A stretch of DNA of 64,000 bases. Origin: a virus (Duplodnaviria > Caudoviricetes). Position numbers and translations under genes: made by a program. This document shows positions 50,715 through 61,082 of the stretch, in pieces. The notes below the pieces were generated by a model that ran no database searches, was not told the DNA's origin, and saw only the letters and a program-made list of their open reading frames with translations. Location: positions 32,001-96,000 of IMG/VR virus record IMGVR_UViG_3300020577_009322; one strand, 5' to 3'. Positions within the stretch are counted from its first letter, which is position 1, and every line of letters begins with the position of its first letter.

Positions 50715-52961
50715 ATGAGATTATGGGAATTTCCATTAACCGTTCAGTCCTATTCTACAAAGGAAGATGCCTGGTCAACTAAAGAGTTTACCACAAAGAA
50801 AGATTTAATAGATTATATTTATTCTGGTTTTAAAATACCAGGAGAATACAATCTTAGAAATACTAAGAAGTGGCAGGAAACAGGCAATCATTATGTTAAT
50901 ACAGTAACTCGTCCTAACTTTGAAGGTGGGCGTTATCATAATTATACTCGTAACTCTATTCAATATAAGAGATGGAGAGATACGGAAAAAGATCGTATTC
51001 TTAAAGGTGTAATATATGATGATATATTCATTCCTCCATTTTATTATTGGTATTTAAATTTCTGTCCAATTTATGATGATTTACTTAAGAAGAAACGTTT
51101 TGGTGATGTATGGGATAGTGATTTGTGGTATATGCAATATTGCATGCTAGCTATCTTACAAGGTAAACATATTGGTGGAGTTAAGGGTAGACAGAAAGGT
51201 TATTCATATAAACATATGGCCATTCTTTATTGGTCATATTGCTGGTTTGAAAACTCTGTTAATACAGTAGGTGCCTATGATGAAAAATTGGTTAAGAAAA
51301 GTTGGAGATTCTTAGAGGGATATCGTGCTCATATTAATAACAATACTCCGTGGAGAAGGGGTCCAACTATTCCAAAAGCACTAGAATGGAATGAATCTCA
51401 GATGGATGAAAATAATCAACCTCATGGTAATCAGGCTATTTTAAAGGGTGTTACCTTTAAACAAAATCCTGAGAATGATGTCGGTGGTAGTCAGACCTTC
51501 TTTAATTATGAAGAGCCTGGTGTTTCTCCAACTATTCTAGAGACAATGGAGTTTATACGACCTGCTGTAGAAAAGGGTAGTGAAACAACTGGTATAATTA
51601 TTGCTTGTGGATCTGTTGGTAATCTGGAGGATGCTGAAGGTATAAAAACAATCTTCTATAACCCAAGAGCTAATAATTTTCTTCCATTAAAAAATATTTG
51701 GGATAAAAGAACAGGATCTTCAGAAGAATGTTGTATCTTTATCAGTGAAGCCTATAATATGATAGGTACTGATGATATTACAGGACGTCCATTTATGGAT
51801 AATAATGGTAATAGTGATGTAAAATTAGCTTTAGATTGGATTGAAAGAAAGAAACAAGAATTAAGAAACTCAAATAAAAAGGGAGAACTAAAACAATTAG
51901 CCATCTCTCAAAAATGTATATCTCCAGAAGAAGCTTTTGATCAGCGTGCAACATCTGAATTTCCTGTTAATTTACTAAGAAAACAGCAAGAAAGAATAGA
52001 ATTAAAATATAAGGAGAACCTATGGGAGTATAAACCACGAAAAGGATTACTGGAAGAAAGAGAAGGAAAAGTAATCCTAAACACAACTAACCCACCAAAA
52101 GAGCATGAATATCCTATTCAGCCAGAGTGGGAAGATAAAAGAGGAGTATGGACTATCTATGAACCACCGGATGAAAAACTGGAAATGTTCACATACTTTG
52201 CTTGTGTTGATGCTATCGAGGTAGATGTTACTGACACCTCCCCGTCAGTTGCCTCGATAGACATATTTAAAACAACTGTAGAAGTTACCTATAAAGACAA
52301 TAATGGAAAACTACAGACACGTATAGAAGGTGATAAGCTAGTAGCAAATTACAGAGGTCGTTTCGACACACCTAAAAAAACCAATGAACAAATATGGCTA
52401 GGTATTAAAATGTATAATGCATTTACATATGCTGAGCGTAATAAACCAAACTTTATCAATTACATGAGAGAGAATGGTAGAGCTGAAAGATATTTAGCTA
52501 AGGAAAGTGATGTTCCTATATTTAAAGATCTAAATATAAAAAATGGTAATTTCCAAGCTAATACCAAATTTGGATTTCATAAAGGAGATAATACAGAAAT
52601 TTGGAGACACTTCAAGGCAACAACAAAAGAGTATTTTTCTACAGAGTATGGCAGAACTACCATGATAAAGAATGGAGAAGAAGAGACTTTGAAGGTTTTT
52701 ACTGGAATTGATAGAATAGATGATTATTGGTTACTGGAAGAATTTATTAGATATGTTGAAGGAAAAGGTAACTATGATAGATTGGTATCTTTTATGGGTG
52801 CATTATTTATCTGTAAAGTATACCAACAAAATCGAATTATCAAAAGAAGAAGTGAAGTAAAAGAAGAGAAAAAAGAAGAAAGACCTATATACAAACCTAT
52901 TAGTATGCTGGGTGGTGGCTACTATCCTGGAAAAAACAGGAGACCTCAATCATTAATATAA
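50715..52961 (+). CDS. terL: Terminase large subunit
   Basis: YYWYLNFCPI, KGRQKGYS Walker A, YEEPG Walker B, GSVG, YFACVD, ERN, GNYDRLVS. Confidence 0.9.
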   Translation: MRLWEFPLTVQSYSTKEDAWSTKEFTTKKDLIDYIYSGFKIPGEYNLRNTKKWQETGNHYVNTVTRPNFEGGRYHNYTRNSIQYKRWRDTEKDRILKGVIYDDIFIPPFYYWYLNFCPIYDDLLKKKRFGDVWDSDLWYMQYCMLAILQGKHIGGVKGRQKGYSYKHMAILYWSYCWFENSVNTVGAYDEKLVKKSWRFLEGYRAHINNNTPWRRGPTIPKALEWNESQMDENNQPHGNQAILKGVTFKQNPENDVGGSQTFFNYEEPGVSPTILETMEFIRPAVEKGSETTGIIIACGSVGNLEDAEGIKTIFYNPRANNFLPLKNIWDKRTGSSEECCIFISEAYNMIGTDDITGRPFMDNNGNSDVKLALDWIERKKQELRNSNKKGELKQLAISQKCISPEEAFDQRATSEFPVNLLRKQQERIELKYKENLWEYKPRKGLLEEREGKVILNTTNPPKEHEYPIQPEWEDKRGVWTIYEPPDEKLEMFTYFACVDAIEVDVTDTSPSVASIDIFKTTVEVTYKDNNGKLQTRIEGDKLVANYRGRFDTPKKTNEQIWLGIKMYNAFTYAERNKPNFINYMRENGRAERYLAKESDVPIFKDLNIKNGNFQANTKFGFHKGDNTEIWRHFKATTKEYFSTEYGRTTMIKNGEEETLKVFTGIDRIDDYWLLEEFIRYVEGKGNYDRLVSFMGALFICKVYQQNRIIKRRSEVKEEKKEERPIYKPISMLGGGYYPGKNRRPQSLI

Positions 52962-52966
52962 ATATC

Positions 52967-53485
52967 ATGACAGATAGAAAAGAATACAATAAGGAATATT
53001 GAAAAACTTACAAAAGACCTAGTAGGAAGAAAGGTGCCGTACCTAAGTCTAAGAAGGAATGTGTAAGTTGTACAAAAGAGTGGAAAAGAGAATATTATTT
53101 GAAAAATAAAGAAAAGATACACAAGAGGAACCATAAATGGGAAATGGAAAGAATGAAAAAGGATAGTGTATTTAAGTTGAAAGTATTAATAAGATATAGA
53201 ATAAGAAAGAAAGTTAAGAAAAATAACAACACAACTTCTAATATTCTCGGATGTTCATATAAAAAATTTCACAAATATTTAGAATCCAAATTTGAACCTT
53301 GGATGAATTGGGAAAATCATGGTTTATTCAATAATGAGGAAAACTATGGTTGGGACCTAGATCATATAATACCTATAGCCTCAGCTAAGACTGAGGAAGA
53401 TTTATTAAAATTAAACCATTACAGTAATTTCCAACCTCTTTGTAGTTATATAAATAGGGTTGTTAAAAGAGATAAACATGTCTAA
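52967..53485 (+). CDS. HNH endonuclease; in-frame TGA at 53000-53002 near the N-terminus
   Basis: WDLDHIIPIASA...LNHYSNFQPL; ATG 52967 is in frame with the track ORF. Confidence 0.75.
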
Positions 53486-56246
53486 TAGATTAATTTGGGG
53501 TGCTGACCTCTACAAAGGATTTAAATTAGAAAGAAATACAATGCTTGGAGGAGCGGTAAATGATATTTTACCATTCCAAATGCTTACTTTAGAAGAGAAA
53601 ACAATAGACTGGATTAAAGCTGTTGCTGATTTTTATGAGGTATGTGGTTGGAATAATGTTGAGAGACGTGCCCCAAAAATAGATCGAAATTATAAAATGA
53701 GACAAGGATTACTCAATCCTAGTGATTATATTATTAATCCTGATAATGATTTATCACAAGCTATTGGACTAATAGTTCCTCCTCAAAATCAATCCCCCCT
53801 TGAACAATTCTATCCACTTGCTCCAAACTTTGTTGATGTTCTAAGGGGTGAATTTATAAAAAGAGATAACAGGTGGACAATCGAAGCAGTAGACCCTTAC
53901 TCTACCGCTGAAGCTTTTGATAATAAGAAGAGTCAGTTTGAGCAGATAATAATACAGCAAACTCAATTACATAAACAACAGACGTTGGCTGAAATGGGAT
54001 TAACTCAACAAAGTAACCCTCAACAATACGAAGCTGAGATGCAGAAGGCAATGGCTCAATTAACTGAAATAGAATTAAAGAGTAAAAACTTTAGAACTGT
54101 TGGTGTTAAATGGGCTGAAAAAGTATTAAAAATTCATGAAAAGAGATATAATTTACATGAATTAGAACCAGATGCATTTGAGTGTGGCTTAATTACCGAT
54201 AGTGAATTTTGGCATATAGATCTACTTGATGATGATTTCAAGATTGAGTTACTTAATCCAAAGTGGTGTGATTATCATAAAGGTCCTAATGTTAAATATG
54301 TTAGTGATGGGGATTATTTCTTATGGTTTGATTTCATGTCTTCTGGAGATATAGTTAATAAATTTGGAAGAAGAATGAAGGAAGAAGATCTTCTTAAGTT
54401 AAAGGAGATATATGTAAGGAGTGCAAATATTATCGTTCCTGATTATTTAAAGAGTCATCAAGGAAGTCATTATGATTTATCAAAGAGTTGGACGGATGCT
54501 ACAGATTTAAACCCTGTACGTAATGATGCATTACTTGGTCAGGAATTAGCCTATAACTTCATGAGAACCCCAAATTTCGATCATAATATGGAGGTTGATA
54601 TATTCAATCCTGTATTTGGCAGAATGGTTACAGGACGTCCTCAAATGTTTAGGGTGATGAGATTATATTGGAGATCAATGAAAAGAATAGGTTGGTTAAC
54701 TAAGATAGAGAGAGATGGTACTATTAATCCTCCAGAATGGGTGGATGAAAATTATAAGGTTACAGTAGAACCACAATATGATGTATCCGTTGTTAAAGAT
54801 AAAAGTAAGAATAATCTAATATATGGTGAGCATATAGATTGGACATGGACATCTGAATGGAGACAAGTAATAAAAATATCACCTAATCAAAAGCATACTT
54901 TCTGGTTAAATAGTCAGAATACTCTAGAATCTATTTATATCGATGGAGGACCTGTTCCATTCCAATTTAAAGGAAAAAATAATCCATTTGATAGTTTACC
55001 ACCGGTAGAAGGATGTTCATTTTCTTATATTAATAGTACCCCACATTCATTTATTGATCGAATCAGACCTCTACAGATTATCTATAATATCTGTATGAAT
55101 AAGGTACCAAGAAAGTTCTTGGCCGATTATGGTAATAAAGTAGTATTTGATAGAAGAGGAATGGCAGTAAATACCTCTTCTAATGGTGGAAATACTGTAG
55201 ATCCTGTAGAGGCTTATGAGGATAAATTACGTAACTCAGATATATTAGATTATTCATTTAATAGAGAAAGTCTGGAAGGACTTGGTCAACCAGGTTTTCC
55301 ACAAGTTTTACAGTTATCCACAGTTCAGGAGGCCCAAATGTATTTCCAATTAGGAATGCAAATAAAAATGGAAGCAGGAGAAATTATCGGTATATCTAGA
55401 AATAGATTGGGTCAAAATAAAGCTAGTGAAACTGCAACAGGGATTAATCAGGCTATTTCTTATTCTGAAACTCAAACAGAAAAATATTATGAACAGCATA
55501 GTAATTTAATGCAACGTTTTAGACAGAGAATGCTTGATGCTGCTCAATATTATTCTACATTTAAAGAGACCACAAGAGAAGTATATATGAATGAAATGGA
55601 TGAGAATGTATTCCTTGATATAGAAGGAATGGATAATCTATTACCTCATTATAATATATATCTACAGACTCGTGCTAATGTTAGATCTGCATTACAACAA
55701 ATTTCCCAATTCTTAATGGAAGAAAATACTCTTCCTATTAAAGCATCGGCTAAGGTTGAAGCAATTGTTGAGAACAGTATTCCTAAAATTCTATCACTTA
55801 TTAGACAAAGTGAATTGGATCAGGAACAGATTGAGTTACAAAAACAACAAGCTGAGCAGCAACAATATGCTGATCAACTTAAACAGCAGATTGAAATGCA
55901 GAAAGCTAATCTTGCTCATGAAGATCTACAGAAAGATAAGGATAGGGAAACTCAAATTGAAGTTGCTACAATTCGTGCAGAAGGTGGATTACAATCAGAT
56001 AATAATAAAAATGGTCAATTAGATGCTGCTGAGAATTTAACACCTTATTTAAAACAACAAGAAATAGTTAATAAGCAAAAATCTGAAGAAGCTAAAATTG
56101 CAGCAAAACAAACAGCTGATACTAATCAAATGATATTAGCCAGAGAACGTGCAAGAATGGAAATAGAGAAGGAAAAAATTAAGCAAGAGGGTGCATTAAA
56201 AGTAGCTAAGGAAAATAAAACAAAATCCGAGTTAGGAAAAAAGTAG
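53478..56246 (+). CDS. Portal protein
   Basis: ~920 aa after terL; YPLAPNFVDVLRGEF, GISRNRLGQ..ETATGI, coiled-coil tail. Confidence 0.85.
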   Translation: MSNRLIWGADLYKGFKLERNTMLGGAVNDILPFQMLTLEEKTIDWIKAVADFYEVCGWNNVERRAPKIDRNYKMRQGLLNPSDYIINPDNDLSQAIGLIVPPQNQSPLEQFYPLAPNFVDVLRGEFIKRDNRWTIEAVDPYSTAEAFDNKKSQFEQIIIQQTQLHKQQTLAEMGLTQQSNPQQYEAEMQKAMAQLTEIELKSKNFRTVGVKWAEKVLKIHEKRYNLHELEPDAFECGLITDSEFWHIDLLDDDFKIELLNPKWCDYHKGPNVKYVSDGDYFLWFDFMSSGDIVNKFGRRMKEEDLLKLKEIYVRSANIIVPDYLKSHQGSHYDLSKSWTDATDLNPVRNDALLGQELAYNFMRTPNFDHNMEVDIFNPVFGRMVTGRPQMFRVMRLYWRSMKRIGWLTKIERDGTINPPEWVDENYKVTVEPQYDVSVVKDKSKNNLIYGEHIDWTWTSEWRQVIKISPNQKHTFWLNSQNTLESIYIDGGPVPFQFKGKNNPFDSLPPVEGCSFSYINSTPHSFIDRIRPLQIIYNICMNKVPRKFLADYGNKVVFDRRGMAVNTSSNGGNTVDPVEAYEDKLRNSDILDYSFNRESLEGLGQPGFPQVLQLSTVQEAQMYFQLGMQIKMEAGEIIGISRNRLGQNKASETATGINQAISYSETQTEKYYEQHSNLMQRFRQRMLDAAQYYSTFKETTREVYMNEMDENVFLDIEGMDNLLPHYNIYLQTRANVRSALQQISQFLMEENTLPIKASAKVEAIVENSIPKILSLIRQSELDQEQIELQKQQAEQQQYADQLKQQIEMQKANLAHEDLQKDKDRETQIEVATIRAEGGLQSDNNKNGQLDAAENLTPYLKQQEIVNKQKSEEAKIAAKQTADTNQMILARERARMEIEKEKIKQEGALKVAKENKTKSELGKK

Positions 56247-56352
56247 GAAAATAGCTAATAATGTAACAATGTATATAACAAGGTTATTTTTATTTGGTGA
56301 ATTAACTTAAAATGTTTATAATCATATTAGTAGAATTAAAAACCAACAAATA

Positions 56353-57552
56353 ATGGCAATAGAAGATGTAAATTTAAAAGATTTTGGTAATCTCTTTGGT
56401 GATCTAAAAGACATAGGAAATACCACACCTGGATTTGGAATGTCAAATGATACAGATGTAGATCTGTTGAATAATGATAATAAGGATGATGTAGATGATC
56501 AAGGCAACCAAAATAATCAGGATGATAATCAGAATACAGATGATCAATCTAAAGATGATAAGGAAAAGAAAGATGCTGATATTCTAAGTACTGATAATAA
56601 AGGTGGTAGAAAACCAAAGTATGATTTCACTGACACATCTGGATATTTTCAAGATAGATTTAAATCTGGAAAATTTGTTCCAATTGAAATGGATGGAGAA
56701 GATGGTAAACCTGTACAATTTATCCCAAAAACGCCTGAAGAATTTGATGAAGTAATCGATTTACAGGTTGATTATAGATTAGAGAAAAAGGCTAAAGAAT
56801 TAGAGGAAAATTGGTATGCAACTAAATCTCCAGCTTGGCAGGCAGTAGCTAAATATGCTGAAATGACTGATGATCCTAGTGAAATTCTTCCATTTCTTCA
56901 AGGTGTTAGAACATTAGAAAGTGTTAGAGATCTAGATCCATCAGATGCAGCTTCTGCAGAAAAAATTGTAAGAGTACGTCTGCAACAGAGGGGGGATGAT
57001 GATGAGACCATAAATGAGCAGATAGATGCTTTAAGAACAACAGATAAGCTAATAACAACGGCTCAGAAATATAAACCATCAATTCTACAGGAAGAGCAGC
57101 AGCAATTAGCTAGTATGCTTAACGAAAAACAAAAGCAACAAAAAGAATATATTCAGATGGTATCTCAAATAAGAGAGAGTGCAATTAAAGCAATTGAAAC
57201 TCCTTTATTTGGAAAGGTTAAACTGAAACAAGATGAGAAAGCTGCTATTTATGAAATGATAGCTGAACCATCAAAAGAAACACAAGGATATCCAATCTAT
57301 TCAGCAATTGATGATTTATTTGCTAAAAATGATATGGAAAAGCTAAAGAAAATAGCACTTATCCTAGCAAAAGAAGATGCATATATGGGATATATCTCAA
57401 ATAATGCAGCAACAAAAACTGCTGGAGACTTACAAACTAAATTAAGAGTGGCAACAGATTCTCGTTCTTCATCAGGAAGTGATGATGATATAGAGGATAA
57501 AAGAGCAATACAAAGAAAACAGTATACTACTGGTGCTCGTTTTGGAAGATAA
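56353..57552 (+). CDS. Acidic protein between portal and capsid, putative scaffold
   Basis: D/N-rich N-terminus; synteny. Confidence 0.6.
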   Translation: MAIEDVNLKDFGNLFGDLKDIGNTTPGFGMSNDTDVDLLNNDNKDDVDDQGNQNNQDDNQNTDDQSKDDKEKKDADILSTDNKGGRKPKYDFTDTSGYFQDRFKSGKFVPIEMDGEDGKPVQFIPKTPEEFDEVIDLQVDYRLEKKAKELEENWYATKSPAWQAVAKYAEMTDDPSEILPFLQGVRTLESVRDLDPSDAASAEKIVRVRLQQRGDDDETINEQIDALRTTDKLITTAQKYKPSILQEEQQQLASMLNEKQKQQKEYIQMVSQIRESAIKAIETPLFGKVKLKQDEKAAIYEMIAEPSKETQGYPIYSAIDDLFAKNDMEKLKKIALILAKEDAYMGYISNNAATKTAGDLQTKLRVATDSRSSSGSDDDIEDKRAIQRKQYTTGARFGR

Positions 57553-57573
57553 ATTTAAAAACAAATATAAAAT

Positions 57574-59262
57574 ATGATACAATCATCAATTCTGGGCCTT
57601 GGAACATTAGGTCATCCTGGGATATTTATGGGACAATCTAGATCACTTGGTATCAAGAACCATGTTGATATTCCATATGTAACAGCTTTAGCACCTGAAA
57701 AGCCATTGGACTTTGGTGTTCTTGATTTGTGGGCTCTTAAACAGAGAACGGAATCTCCACTTTTGACTATGGCTATAGATAATGCACAAGTTATTTATAC
57801 TGATGCAGACTACTATACATTTGAGTTGCCACAGGCTACTGAATCAACTACACGTTTAGTTAGTGGTGGATTAGATAAAGATAAAATGGGTATGGATGGT
57901 GAAGAAATTCCATTCGTTGTTACTAAAAGAGATTTATCTCCTGGTTCTATCTTTAAATTTGACTTGACATCTCGTATATCATTTACGGTTGTTGATAGAC
58001 CTATTGAACAAATGGGTGAACACTTTAAAGTTTGGGCAGTATTAAATACTAATGCTCAAGTTAAATGGGTTACAAAAGCTGAATTCCAACCACAACGTCA
58101 GATTATAAAATTAGCTGATATAAGAGGTCTTGACTTTTCATCTAACAAAGCAGCTTGGCAATTGTCAGGTGTTGGTATGGCAAAATATAAGAATTATCTA
58201 TCTAATGCCATGCTTCAACAATCATATCGTGTTACATCTGGTGCAGTAGAGTATTTAAATACTAATACACGTATCGATGGTAAACAAATTGCTATGATGG
58301 AAGAAACTATTCTTCAGTTCTATCAAGTAAGAGGAATTGCTGATAATAAGGTTATTGATATGACTAATAGTGAAAACTATAAGACATATTGGGAAAAGTT
58401 ACAAGAAGCTAAAAGTAAAGGTGCTGGTGAAGCTGCTTTTGTTAACTTCTTGGATAGTATTTGTATTAACTTAATGCAGAAGCAAAATAATGACTTAATG
58501 ATCTGGGGTGATCAGGTTAACATCTTGAGAGATGGTTATGATACAACTCGTCTTGTACCAGGTGTATGGTTCCAGTTAGATTTGGCTGGTTACAAACATA
58601 CCTACTCAATTGACACATTTTCACTAGATACATTAACTAATGCTATTAAAGATTTTGAATTTGGTAAAGTTCCATTAAGAGAATCTATCTCAACTAATAC
58701 TTATGTTATTAAAACAGGTAGAGGCGGTTCTGAACTTATTTATCAAGCTTTCATGAAGAAAGGATTCCAAATCCCAGCTCAGGTTCAAAATGGTGATCAT
58801 GGATTTATTACAGGTCAGGCTAATAACTTAACCTATAATGCTCCACGTTTCATTAAATATCAAATTCCAAATATTGGTTACTTGCAGGTAGATTGGGAAC
58901 CAGGTTTTGATCCGGTAAAAGCTGATGAATTTGTTAATCCAGTATTAGCAGGTGGATATCGTCTTACATCTTATACTATGTTAATTGAGGATTATAATAC
59001 CTCTCGTGATAACATTGCTATTATTCGTAAGAATGGTACAAAAATGAGAATGATTGTTGAAGCAGGTGATCAAACTCACCCTCTTTTAAGAATGTCTAAC
59101 AATATTAGTGGTAATAACATTCAGGTTCATGCTGCAAGTGATGAATTGAGTGGTTATCAAGTTAAGTTTGTTAGTAAAGCTGATACAGCAATTGTTAAGG
59201 ATCCAACTAAACTTTTAAAGTTAGTTCCAAAGAATCCACGTACAGGTATTGCAGCTCTTTAA
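57574..59262 (+). CDS. Major capsid protein
   Basis: 562 aa; crAss synteny; LMIWG, GVWFQL, KTGRGG. Confidence 0.8.
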   Translation: MIQSSILGLGTLGHPGIFMGQSRSLGIKNHVDIPYVTALAPEKPLDFGVLDLWALKQRTESPLLTMAIDNAQVIYTDADYYTFELPQATESTTRLVSGGLDKDKMGMDGEEIPFVVTKRDLSPGSIFKFDLTSRISFTVVDRPIEQMGEHFKVWAVLNTNAQVKWVTKAEFQPQRQIIKLADIRGLDFSSNKAAWQLSGVGMAKYKNYLSNAMLQQSYRVTSGAVEYLNTNTRIDGKQIAMMEETILQFYQVRGIADNKVIDMTNSENYKTYWEKLQEAKSKGAGEAAFVNFLDSICINLMQKQNNDLMIWGDQVNILRDGYDTTRLVPGVWFQLDLAGYKHTYSIDTFSLDTLTNAIKDFEFGKVPLRESISTNTYVIKTGRGGSELIYQAFMKKGFQIPAQVQNGDHGFITGQANNLTYNAPRFIKYQIPNIGYLQVDWEPGFDPVKADEFVNPVLAGGYRLTSYTMLIEDYNTSRDNIAIIRKNGTKMRMIVEAGDQTHPLLRMSNNISGNNIQVHAASDELSGYQVKFVSKADTAIVKDPTKLLKLVPKNPRTGIAAL

Positions 59263-59414
59263 GTTATTAAAATATACTACAATGGCAAAGAAAAAAGGAA
59301 AAAAAGGATGTTAAAATAAGGAGTCGAAAGACTCCCGGCACAAGAGTAACGCCTCCACGATGGCTGTGCTGGATACCCAACCAAGTTACTAATTAAAAAC
59401 CAACAATTTAGAAT

Positions 59415-60404
59415 ATGAGTACAAGATTTGTAATTAAAAGTACAGCTAGTAAAGCTGAAAAAGAAGGTGATGTTATTATCAGATATACTGGAGTATCAGA
59501 ACCATTTATCAGAGTATCTGAAAGATCTGCAACAAAAGTAGGTGTTGATGGTGCAGGAAATCCAAAACTGATATATAATACAGGTTTAAATCCTGAAAAA
59601 GTAGATTTTTATCAGTGGTATAATAATGAAGAGAAGAAGGCTGTAGTTAAGCAAATAAAGGAATTAAGACCAGAGATAGTAAAAGCATATGGTGGTGAGG
59701 ATGTTATTAATGAAACAAATGCTTATTTCTGGGGAGAAACAAGAGATGTTAATAGATTATCTCTTACTAATAACGATATGGATGTCTTTTATGACACTAA
59801 AATTCCTGTTCATGCATTATTATATTTATCAATAATTTCTGGAGCATTTGGAGAAATAGTTTCTCCAACAAGAGATTGGGCTGAAAGACATCAGATACCA
59901 CACTATCTGGCACTAGAAACTGAAGAATCATTTGATGAAGAAGATGGAATTAAGAGAAGTGATGCTCATGCTGCTTTAGCAGAATTGAGAAGAGATGAAA
60001 CTCCAGAAGCACTATTTATATTAGCATGGTGTATTCAATATGATACAAATGCATTTGGTGCTTATCTTAAGAGTACTCCAATGAAAGATCTGATAAATTA
60101 TCATATCAAATATATTGATGGTAAGTTAGTAACAAAGAGAAAGAAAGATACAGCAAGAGTATTTATTGAATATGCTGAGAAATGGAAAGGGCAACAAACA
60201 CGTCCAGCATTATATGTAGAAGCCTATGTTAAGGCAGGAGAATACTACAACTTTATAAATCAGAGAGAAAAGAAATATGTGATGAATGATGGAACAGTTC
60301 TTGGAAATACAATAGAAGATGCTGTTGCAAATTTGATGAAACTTAAGTACACTCAGGATCTCGAGAAATTGAGAAAGCAAGTGGAAGATAAATGGAAAGA
60401 ATAA
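59415..60404 (+). CDS. Conserved structural-module protein
   Basis: Follows the major capsid gene. Confidence 0.65.
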   Translation: MSTRFVIKSTASKAEKEGDVIIRYTGVSEPFIRVSERSATKVGVDGAGNPKLIYNTGLNPEKVDFYQWYNNEEKKAVVKQIKELRPEIVKAYGGEDVINETNAYFWGETRDVNRLSLTNNDMDVFYDTKIPVHALLYLSIISGAFGEIVSPTRDWAERHQIPHYLALETEESFDEEDGIKRSDAHAALAELRRDETPEALFILAWCIQYDTNAFGAYLKSTPMKDLINYHIKYIDGKLVTKRKKDTARVFIEYAEKWKGQQTRPALYVEAYVKAGEYYNFINQREKKYVMNDGTVLGNTIEDAVANLMKLKYTQDLEKLRKQVEDKWKE

Positions 60405-61060
60405 TGACTCTCAGAGATATATCAAAAAAAATAGATTTAAGATTAAATAAAGGTGCTTCTGGAGATTATGATAATATCTGGAATTACCAAAAAGAAGAAG
60501 CTCTTAATAAAGCTATTAATGAGTGGGTTAGAAGACAAAAGAGAGGAAAGAATAGTACTCAGGAAGGTGATGAAGAAACTGTAGACAGAATAGACGATTT
60601 ACAGTTATTATTAAAAACTGAAGTTCTTACCACAAGAGATAAAGGTATATTCAATCAAACAAATAAATTACCTATAGATTACTTGTACTTTAAGAGATTA
60701 AGTCCATTAGTTAGTAAAGGAATATGTAAAGGGATAAATATAAAATCTCATCTAAGAGAAGAGGCAAATGTTAACGATTTGATAACAATGCCATCATTTG
60801 AATTTGAAGAGACCTTTCATACAATAATAAATAATAAAATACATATCTATCATAATAAAGAATTCTCAATAGATAAGGTAGAATTAACATACTATAGAAA
60901 ACCTAAAGTATATTCCTTTAAGAAATTAGATACAGTATTAGAGTTTAAAGATGATGTTTGTGAGTTACTTGTAGACGATACATGTAAAATTTTATCATCA
61001 GATATTGAATCAATTAATCAAAAAAACTTGGCACAAGAACGAGCCGAATTCAATAATTAA
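60404..61060 (+). CDS. Putative head-tail connector/ring protein
   Basis: EEALNKA, LPIDYLY, LTYYRKP; synteny. Confidence 0.55.
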   Translation: MTLRDISKKIDLRLNKGASGDYDNIWNYQKEEALNKAINEWVRRQKRGKNSTQEGDEETVDRIDDLQLLLKTEVLTTRDKGIFNQTNKLPIDYLYFKRLSPLVSKGICKGINIKSHLREEANVNDLITMPSFEFEETFHTIINNKIHIYHNKEFSIDKVELTYYRKPKVYSFKKLDTVLEFKDDVCELLVDDTCKILSSDIESINQKNLAQERAEFNN

Positions 61061-61082
61061 TAACAAAAATAAATAGAAATTT

